Below are positions 57,753-64,000 of a stretch of DNA of 64,000 nucleotides, piece by piece (position 1 is the stretch's first letter; each line of letters opens with the position of its first letter). The DNA is from Thermoanaerobaculia bacterium (GTDB taxonomy: Bacteria > Acidobacteriota > Thermoanaerobaculia > Multivoradales > Multivoraceae): contig OY761158.1 in the NCBI GenBank assembly GCA_963664405.1, forward strand, positions 5,696,001-5,760,000. The letters run 5' to 3'. Below the pieces are notes generated by a model that was not told where the DNA came from, ran no database searches, and was given only the letters and a program-made list of their open reading frames with translations. The position numbers were made by a program, and so were the translations under genes.

Positions 57753-58552
57753 CGGTCTCGCGCCAATAGGTGAACGCGGGCGACGACGCCCATGTAGTGG
57801 GGGAGGTCCAAATCACGAGCCTTCTCGATGTGCTCGCGGCCGTCCTCCGTTAGACCGATCGCTTCGAGATAGAGGCCGACGTAGAGATACCCATAGAAGA
57901 GGCGGTCGGGGTGCAGTTCACTTGCGGCAGAGCCTATCCCCGCTGTCTCGAGCACTTCTTCGACTCTGGCTTTGCCACGAAAGAGATCGTAAATCGCCAT
58001 CATCGGCAAGCGGGGGTCCGGCCCCACCGGTAGGATCAAGCGCCGGGCATTGGCGAATCCCTCGCTACCCGCGACACAGAGAAAGTGCCAGACGGCGTTC
58101 TCTACGTCGTCCGGATTGACCGAGCGATGGAGCTCGAACTGCGCTCGGCACGCTGCGTAGCGCCCGGCGTAGTACTGGGAGATCCCTCGCTGCCACAGCG
58201 AGGCTTCACGCGGGGGATCGAGCTCGACCACGCGATCGAGATCGGCCACTGAACCCTCGATGTCGCCAAGTTGAAAGCGAAGCTGGCCTCTTAGTAGAGG
58301 CCCCCTCCAGTCCTCGGGGGCGGCAGAGACCAGGCGGTCGTATTTGGCGCGAGCGCCTTCGAAGTCTCCTGCTCGCTCGAGTGACTGACCCTCCTGGAGC
58401 AAGAAGTCTGCGGAGGAGCCTGCTTGCGCCAACGCGGCGGGCTGCGCCACGGGCAGCGCCGAGGCCGTCAGGGCTACGGTCAGAGCTGGCAGCCATTTCG
58501 TCGGACGAAGTCGAGGGCGAGCTGGGCGGACGGCTTTGCGCGGGCTTCTCAA
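57749..58552 (-). CDS. TPR protein (NlpI-like)
   Basis: TPR helices, LWQRGISQYY, HRSVNPDDVENAVWHFLC and FYGYLYVGLY. Confidence 0.75.
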   Translation of the reverse strand: MRSPRKAVRPARPRLRPTKWLPALTVALTASALPVAQPAALAQAGSSADFLLQEGQSLERAGDFEGARAKYDRLVSAAPEDWRGPLLRGQLRFQLGDIEGSVADLDRVVELDPPREASLWQRGISQYYAGRYAACRAQFELHRSVNPDDVENAVWHFLCVAGSEGFANARRLILPVGPDPRLPMMAIYDLFRGKARVEEVLETAGIGSAASELHPDRLFYGYLYVGLYLEAIGLTEDGREHIEKARDLDLPHYMGVVARVHLLARDR

Positions 58553-58866
58553 TTTGGACTCTTGGGCAGCCGAAGACGTCGCTTTTCCGGATCTCGAGCC
58601 TGTCGGTACAAGATCGCGACGTGTCCGACGATGCCGGCCACCTCCGCCCGCAACTTCTCTTCGATGTCGGCGCAGAGCTCGCGCTTCTTGCCTCTGTGGT
58701 CGAGAAAGCGGATCTTGATCAGCTCGTGCTGGCCGAGAGCCTGATCGAGACTTGCGAGAACGCTCTCGCTGAGACCGGCACGGCCGATGTGGATGATGGG
58801 GTCTAGGCGGTGACCTAGACCCCGCAGGTGCTTGCGTTGAGAGCTGCTTAGTGCGTCGGAGCTCAT
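58549..58866 (-). CDS. yhbY: CRM-domain RNA-binding protein (ribosome assembly)
   Basis: Motifs QRKHLRGLGHRLDP, IGRAGL, HELIKIR and VGHVAILYR. Confidence 0.92.
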   Translation of the reverse strand: MSSDALSSSQRKHLRGLGHRLDPIIHIGRAGLSESVLASLDQALGQHELIKIRFLDHRGKKRELCADIEEKLRAEVAGIVGHVAILYRQARDPEKRRLRLPKSPN

Positions 58867-58953
58867 CTCTTACCTTCGAGAACGGCGAACCTCGATGTGG
58901 TTGTGATCATAGCTTTCTTTTGGAATCGCAGAGCCTCCAGGCTCCTGGGTCCA

Positions 58954-59210
58954 CTAGACCAGCGTCTCCAAAGTTCGTGTGTAATAGCTCGAGGTCATTC
59001 TGTTCGCTGGCTAGGAGCCTGCGAAGCAGGCGAGTAGTTCTCAGGTGGGGATGGGCCGGAGAACGGGCCGCAGGTCCGTTCTCTGGGGCGAGGCGCGCCG
59101 ACGCAGGCATATTGGGCAATATGTCGAGGAGCGCGGGGGCGCCTAGCCAACGCCGGCAGCGGGCAGAAGGGGCCGAGATATGTGCGCGAACTTTGGAAAC
59201 GCTGGTCTAG
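58954..59210. mobile_element. MITE-like element, type A with complete nested module D
   Basis: CTAG ACCAGCGTCTCCAAAGTTCG...CGAACTTTGGAAACGCTGGT CTAG; D insert at 59011-59092. Confidence 0.88.
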
Positions 59211-59236
59211 GATACTGACGTCGTTGGAGTGTGGCG

Positions 59237-60034
59237 ATGAGTGGCAGCGGGAACAATGGAGAACAATCACCGGTAGTCGTTCTGGTGGCGCCCCAGATGG
59301 CTGAGAATGTGGGCGCGGTGGCGCGGGCGATGCTCAATTGCGGGCTGCTCGAGCTACGCCTCGTGCGGCCCAGGCACGGGTGGCCCAACCTCGCGGCGGT
59401 GCCTTCTGCTTCCGGCGCCGACGAGGTCCTCGACGCTGCGCGTGTCTATTCGACGACCGCCGAGGCGATCTCCGATCTCTCTTGTGTCTACGCTACAACC
59501 GCGCGCCTTCGAGACATGATCAAGCCGCTGCTTTCGCCTCGGGAGGCGGCGGTCGAGATCCACGCCGCGACTGCTCGCGGAGCGCGGGTCGGGCTGCTCT
59601 TCGGGCCCGAGCGAACAGGGCTGGATAACGACGATGTCGTGCTCTCGGCGGGCCTTATTCATGTACCGCTGAATCCCGAGTTTTCCTCCCTGAATCTAGC
59701 GCAGGCGGTGCTACTCGTGGCCTATGAGTGGCGCATGGCGGGAGGGGCGGTAGTGGCTCCACACCGACCTCCGCGGACCCTGGAGAGGCCCGCGACTCAA
59801 GGTCAGCTGCAGAGCCTCTTCAGCCATCTGGAGGAGGAGCTCGAGGAACACAGCTTCTTTGAGGTTGCCGAGAAGCGCCCTTCGATTGTCCGACGCATTC
59901 GCGCATTCTTCGCCCGGGCGCGGCCGACGGACCAGGAGGTGCGAACGCTCCATGGTGTGATCACTGCCCTTGCTCGTCGACCGCGACGAGCAGCGAGCGA
60001 GCAGGGCGACGATTCTGAGGCCGGGGAACCCTAG
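59237..60034 (+). CDS. TrmJ/LasT-family SPOUT RNA methyltransferase
   Basis: Motifs PQMAENVGAVARAMLN, ATTAR, FGPERTGL and SSLNLAQAV. Confidence 0.9.
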   Translation: MSGSGNNGEQSPVVVLVAPQMAENVGAVARAMLNCGLLELRLVRPRHGWPNLAAVPSASGADEVLDAARVYSTTAEAISDLSCVYATTARLRDMIKPLLSPREAAVEIHAATARGARVGLLFGPERTGLDNDDVVLSAGLIHVPLNPEFSSLNLAQAVLLVAYEWRMAGGAVVAPHRPPRTLERPATQGQLQSLFSHLEEELEEHSFFEVAEKRPSIVRRIRAFFARARPTDQEVRTLHGVITALARRPRRAASEQGDDSEAGEP

Positions 60035-60067
60035 GTCGGCCTCCGCTGGAGAGCCACACAGCTCTTT

Positions 60068-61966
60068 TTACGGGTCGGCGGGGTAGCCCAGCTTTCTCAG
60101 CGCTTCGCCTATCTCGTCGAGAATCGTGGGGTCGTCGATGGTAGCGGGCACCCGCCACTCTTCAGCGTCTGCAATCTTGCGAACGGTGCCGCGCAGGATC
60201 TTCCCCGATCGCGTCTTCGGCAGTCGCTCGACGACGGTCGCGGTCTTGAACGAGGCCACCGCTCCGATCTTGTCGCGGACTTGCTTGATGCATTCGCCGA
60301 CGATGTCTCCATGCGGTCTTGTGACCCCGGCTTTGAGAACGAGAAGTCCCAGCGGCACTTGCCCTTTCAGTCCGTCCTTCACGCCGACTACCGCACACTC
60401 CGCCACGTCGGGGTGGTAGGCGAGCACTTCCTCCATGCCACCGGTGGAGAGTCGGTGTCCTGCAACATTGATGATGTCGTCGGTCCGACTCATCACGTAG
60501 AGGTAACCGTCCCCGTCGACGAAGCCCGCGTCCGAGGTCTGGTAGAAGCCAGGGTATCTCTCCATGTAGGCGTCGTGAAAGCCGGCTTGGTTGTTCCACA
60601 GAGTAGGGAGGCAACCGGGCGGCAGGGGCAGCTTGACGACCATTGCGCCGCTTTCCCCCGGCGGTAGCTGGTTGAGCTCTTCGTCGACGATGCGAACGTC
60701 GTAGCCCGGAACCGACTTGGTGGGGGAGCCGTGTTTGACAGGCAGTGGCCCCAGCCCCATGCAGTTGGCGGCTATGGCCCATCCGGTCTCGGTCTGCCAC
60801 CAGTGATCGATGACAGGAACTCCGAGCAGGTTCTCGGCCCACTTTATGGTGTCGGGGTCGGCGCGCTCTCCCGCCAAAAAGAGCGTGCGCAGCTCGGGCA
60901 TTGAATACGAGCGCAGCAGCTCCCCGTCCGGATCCTCCCGCTTGATGGCGCGAAGCGCGGTTGGCGCCGCGAAGATCGCTGCCACACCGTGCTCGGAAGC
61001 GACTCGCCAGAAGGCACCCGCGTCGGGCGTTCCGACCGGCTTGCCTTCGAAGAGAATCGAGGTGCAGCCGTGCAGCAGGGGGGCGTAGACGATATAGGAA
61101 TGACCGACGACCCAGCCCACGTCGGAGGCCGCCCAGAAAACCTCGCCCGGCGCGATGCCGTAGACGTTCTGCATGCTCCAGGCGAGCGCCACCATATGAC
61201 CGCCGTTGTCGCGTACGACGCCCTTCGGAATGCCGGTGGTGCCGGATGTGTAGAGGATGTAGAGAGGATCGGTTGCGGCGACCGGGACGCAGTCCGCCGG
61301 CTCCGCGTCGGCGACCCACTCACTCCATTCGAGGTCGCGGTCCGGAGCCAGGTCGGCGGACATTTGGGGGCGCTGAAGGATGACGCAGTGCCTTGGCTTG
61401 TGGCGCGCGATCGAGATTGCTTCGTCGAGCAGCGGCTTGTAAGGGATCCTTCGCTGCACCTCGATGCCGCAAGAGGCGGCGAGAATCACCTTTGGCTCGG
61501 CGTCGTCGATGCGTGTTGCGAGCTCTTGGGCGGCGAAACCTCCAAAAACGACCGAGTGGATGGCGCCAATGCGGGCACAGGCCAGCATGGCGATGACCGC
61601 CTCCGGCACCATTGGCATATAGATGAGGACCCGGTCGCCACGCTCGACACCGATGGAGAGCAGAGCGCCGGCGGCTCGCCGAGTCTGGTGGAGGAGCTCG
61701 CGATAGGTGAAAGTGCGCTTAACGCCGGTGACCGGGCTGTCGTAGATAAGTGCCGCTTGCTCTGCGCGGCCTCCGGCTACGTGGCGATCCAGCGCGTTGT
61801 AGCAGGTGTTCATTTCGCCACCGACGAACCAGCGCCCATTCCGTCCTTCACTGGTATCGAGGACTCGATCCCACGCCTTGTACCAATGGAGCGATTCCGC
61901 CGCCTCCCCCCAGAACCCTTCCGGGTCGTCCATCGAGCGGTGGTAGGTCTCCTCGTATTGACTCAC
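60068..61966 (-). CDS. prpE: Propionyl-CoA synthetase
   Basis: GTG at 61966 (MSQYEETY). Motifs NTCYNALDRH, YTSGTTGIPKGVVRDNGGH, SDVGWVVGHSY, WWQTETG and LPKTRSGKILR. Confidence 0.88.
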   Translation of the reverse strand: MSQYEETYHRSMDDPEGFWGEAAESLHWYKAWDRVLDTSEGRNGRWFVGGEMNTCYNALDRHVAGGRAEQAALIYDSPVTGVKRTFTYRELLHQTRRAAGALLSIGVERGDRVLIYMPMVPEAVIAMLACARIGAIHSVVFGGFAAQELATRIDDAEPKVILAASCGIEVQRRIPYKPLLDEAISIARHKPRHCVILQRPQMSADLAPDRDLEWSEWVADAEPADCVPVAATDPLYILYTSGTTGIPKGVVRDNGGHMVALAWSMQNVYGIAPGEVFWAASDVGWVVGHSYIVYAPLLHGCTSILFEGKPVGTPDAGAFWRVASEHGVAAIFAAPTALRAIKREDPDGELLRSYSMPELRTLFLAGERADPDTIKWAENLLGVPVIDHWWQTETGWAIAANCMGLGPLPVKHGSPTKSVPGYDVRIVDEELNQLPPGESGAMVVKLPLPPGCLPTLWNNQAGFHDAYMERYPGFYQTSDAGFVDGDGYLYVMSRTDDIINVAGHRLSTGGMEEVLAYHPDVAECAVVGVKDGLKGQVPLGLLVLKAGVTRPHGDIVGECIKQVRDKIGAVASFKTATVVERLPKTRSGKILRGTVRKIADAEEWRVPATIDDPTILDEIGEALRKLGYPADP

Positions 61967-61989
61967 CGGTCTCACGCGCGCGGTCGGAT

Positions 61990-62394
61990 TCAACTTGTCT
62001 CGAGTAGCTCGACCCAATTGCCGTCGGGATCCTCGATCATGGTGATCTTGATCCCGGCACGGATCTCTCTCGGAGAAACCGCGACCTTGTAGCCGGCTTC
62101 TTCACAGGCTTTGGCCACGTCTTCCAGATTCGAAACAGAGATCGTCCAGTAGCGATAGCCGGTGGCGCCTGCGATTCCACCCGGCGCGGCTTCGACGGGT
62201 GGCGCTTTTCCAGGATCCACCAGCTTGATGAGGCTGGTACCACAGAGCAGTCGGTACATGGTGCCGCCGCCGGGCATCGGCATCGTACCCTGCTCTTCGA
62301 GGCCGAGTGTGTCTCGGTAGAACTTCAGCGACGCGTCTGCGTCCTTGACGATGATGCCGAGGTCGATCGAATCTTTGGTCAGCGCAATGCTCAT
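61990..62394 (-). CDS. VOC (glyoxalase) family protein
   Basis: GIIVKD...KFYRDTLGL and EDPDGNWVEL; GGAAGGA ribosome-binding site. Confidence 0.85.
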   Translation of the reverse strand: MSIALTKDSIDLGIIVKDADASLKFYRDTLGLEEQGTMPMPGGGTMYRLLCGTSLIKLVDPGKAPPVEAAPGGIAGATGYRYWTISVSNLEDVAKACEEAGYKVAVSPREIRAGIKITMIEDPDGNWVELLETS

Positions 62395-62575
62395 GTGGGT
62401 CCTTCCTTCCAGCTAGGTCGGGATCCTACCGCAGCGGTCATCAGGACTGTCGACGGGTGCCGGCTACCCAGATTGGATGCGGCAGGGACCTCCGTATTGA
62501 CGGGTCAACAGGCCCACCATAGGAGGCTGGGCACGCGCAGCTCAGTGTCTTGCTTGACAGTGGAGGGCTTGTAGT

Positions 62576-63082
62576 ATGAGAAAGAGCTCGGGCCGTCGTT
62601 CTTTCCTGATTCTTTTCCTGCTTCTACTCGGAACCATCGTCTTCGGCCCCGGCATCGTTGCCGCGCAGGATGTACCCAAGGGGAAGCTCATCACCGTTCA
62701 CCTTAGCGGCAGCGCAAGGAATGGGAATCTGAGGATCAGCAAGGTTCTCCCCAGCGCTAAAGGAATCTGCCGCGGCAAGGCGAACAAGAAGGACGACTGC
62801 GAAGACGAGGCTGCCTGGGCACTGAAGGGGTCGAATCTACCTGACAAGTGGACGGTGACAATCGAGAAGAAGTCGCAGCAGCCCGATTGCTTCACCGCTT
62901 CGAGCTTCACTCTCTACAACACCAATAACAAGAACAATCCGGTCCCGACGGGGCCGGTTCAGGACCCCCCGTGCACGACCTACTCGGTTTGGGCCTACAA
63001 CCTCACTCTCAAAGACGAATCGGGGCAGACGGTCGGAGCGGTCGTCGATCCGCTCATTGTGATCGATTACAGTGGTCCCTAA
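62576..63082 (+). CDS. Secreted hypothetical protein with four Cys
   Basis: Signal peptide ending VAA-Q, GGAGG ribosome-binding site, C-terminal W.Y.L.L...DPLIVI motif. Confidence 0.65.
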   Translation: MRKSSGRRSFLILFLLLLGTIVFGPGIVAAQDVPKGKLITVHLSGSARNGNLRISKVLPSAKGICRGKANKKDDCEDEAAWALKGSNLPDKWTVTIEKKSQQPDCFTASSFTLYNTNNKNNPVPTGPVQDPPCTTYSVWAYNLTLKDESGQTVGAVVDPLIVIDYSGP

Positions 63083-63141
63083 GGTCGAGCGGGCTGCCCT
63101 CGTAGGTCAATAGGGTTCCATCCTCGGGTCCGTTCTCTTTT

Positions 63142-63174
63142 CGCGAGGCACCTCTCGCGGTGTGCCTCGCGTTT
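63142..63174 (+). terminator. Stem-loop, possible intrinsic terminator
   Basis: CGCGAGGCAC-N10-GTGCCTCGCG followed by TTT, 60 bp after the stop at 63082. Confidence 0.4.
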
Positions 63175-63303
63175 GAGACCCAAAACCCGGGGGTATAGGC
63201 TTCCGTAGTAAAGAGTGGGTGAGGAACCCGTCGGTGGACCGCGAGACCCGCGCCGACCCAAGTATCGTCGGCTACCCCAACGCCAACACCGTTACTCGAA
63301 TCT

Positions 63304-64000
63304 ATGCGGCTACGCACACGGCTCATCCTGGCCTTTTTCTTGTTGTCGGTGCTGCCGCTGAGCGGCATCGTCCTCTTCTCGTATCGCTCATCCCAGAAGG
63401 CTCTGCGCCAGGCGGCCGAGGCCGAAGCCGCAGTTCTCGCGGAAGAGATCTCTGAGCGCATGGAGACGGTTCGCAGCGATCTCCATCGGCGAATTGGCGG
63501 CCTTGCCGGTCTCCCGCTACGGGCGCTTCACATTGCTGGTGAGGGGGCTGATCCTGAGGTCCTCGGCAGCATCCTCGAGTCGTTGGGCGAGGCAATGCCG
63601 CTTTTCAGCTCGCTCGAGTTCATTCCGGCGGAGCCAGGGGGCCTCGAGACCGGCGGCCCGGCGCGGGTGAGAGTCGTGATTGACGCGGAGACAGACGGCG
63701 ATCAATACGAAGCGTGGGTTATAGAGACCGGCCGCGACGAGGCAGCCGAAGGTTTTCTCTACCGTCGAGGGCCGAAGCCCGAGCTGCTTGCCCGCAGGCT
63801 TGGCGCCGCGGATGACGGGAAAGGGTGGAAGCCTCCCCGGCCGCCGCCTCCACATCGGCCTTCCGGGATGCGGCCGCGCCGGGACGAGCCGTTTCCCCCT
63901 CCCCGCAGGGTGGATGAGGACCCCGGAGTGGGCGTCTCACAGATCGAACAGATCCTTGGCCGGGAGCTGGGGGTTTGGCTGAAGGATGGCGAGGAAGTCG
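63304..64000 (+). CDS. Membrane sensor protein N-terminus (probable histidine kinase or SpoIIE-type phosphatase), truncated by the window end
   Basis: MRLRTRLILAFFLLSVLPLSGIVLFSY is a typical sensor TM1; the frame is open to base 64000. Confidence 0.65.
   Translation, partial: MRLRTRLILAFFLLSVLPLSGIVLFSYRSSQKALRQAAEAEAAVLAEEISERMETVRSDLHRRIGGLAGLPLRALHIAGEGADPEVLGSILESLGEAMPLFSSLEFIPAEPGGLETGGPARVRVVIDAETDGDQYEAWVIETGRDEAAEGFLYRRGPKPELLARRLGAADDGKGWKPPRPPPPHRPSGMRPRRDEPFPPPRRVDEDPGVGVSQIEQILGRELGVWLKDGEEV

Noticed and set aside
58851-59388. Small ORFs overlapping the repeats (also 27293-27526, 30234-30617, 22569-22808, 53164-53400 and 55312-55596) that share peptides such as NFGNAGL and RTLETLV
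   Set aside because: The shared peptides are translations of the repeat DNA. Starts and frames differ between copies, and none resembles a transposase.
1-64000. tRNA, rRNA, riboswitch or autonomous IS
   Set aside because: I recognised no cloverleaf, rRNA segment, known riboswitch consensus or DDE/HUH transposase by eye. A tRNAscan, Rfam and ISfinder search would be needed to exclude them.

Overview
GC-rich bacterial chromosomal window, most likely from an Acidobacteriota (Thermoanaerobaculia-like) genome; this assignment is an inference from the C-terminal repeat domain of the 45-47.7 kb secreted protein. Bases 1-13903 hold one tightly coupled supra-operon: hisG-hisD-hisC-hisB-hisH-hisA-hisF-hisE-trpE-trpG-trpD-trpC-trpF-trpB-trpA-chorismate mutase-DAH7P synthase-like. 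The last gene keeps its N-terminal ACT regulatory residues but has lost three catalytic or metal-binding residues (C102G, K131T, H272Y), so it looks like a pseudoenzyme or sensor. The rest of the window is housekeeping and accessory genes: DUF481/DUF2339/DUF3999-like envelope proteins, several glutathione-related genes, an FTR1 permease, peptidases, Zn-free rpmE2-rpsN, rlmN, bactofilin, bolA-grxD, a heterodimeric ABC exporter, yhbY, trmJ-like and prpE. Nine copies of a modular, CTAG-flanked family of short non-autonomous repeats lie between 22.6 and 59.2 kb. Three unrelated terminal inverted repeats carry one covarying structured core, and a fourth TIR-less hairpin module occurs both alone and nested inside the others. 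Several genes are broken by frameshifts, an internal deletion, a degenerate tandem duplication or truncation by a repeat; some of these lesions may be assembly errors. I recognised no rRNA, tRNA, CRISPR array, transposase or prophage. All family assignments come from motif recognition by eye, not from database searches.
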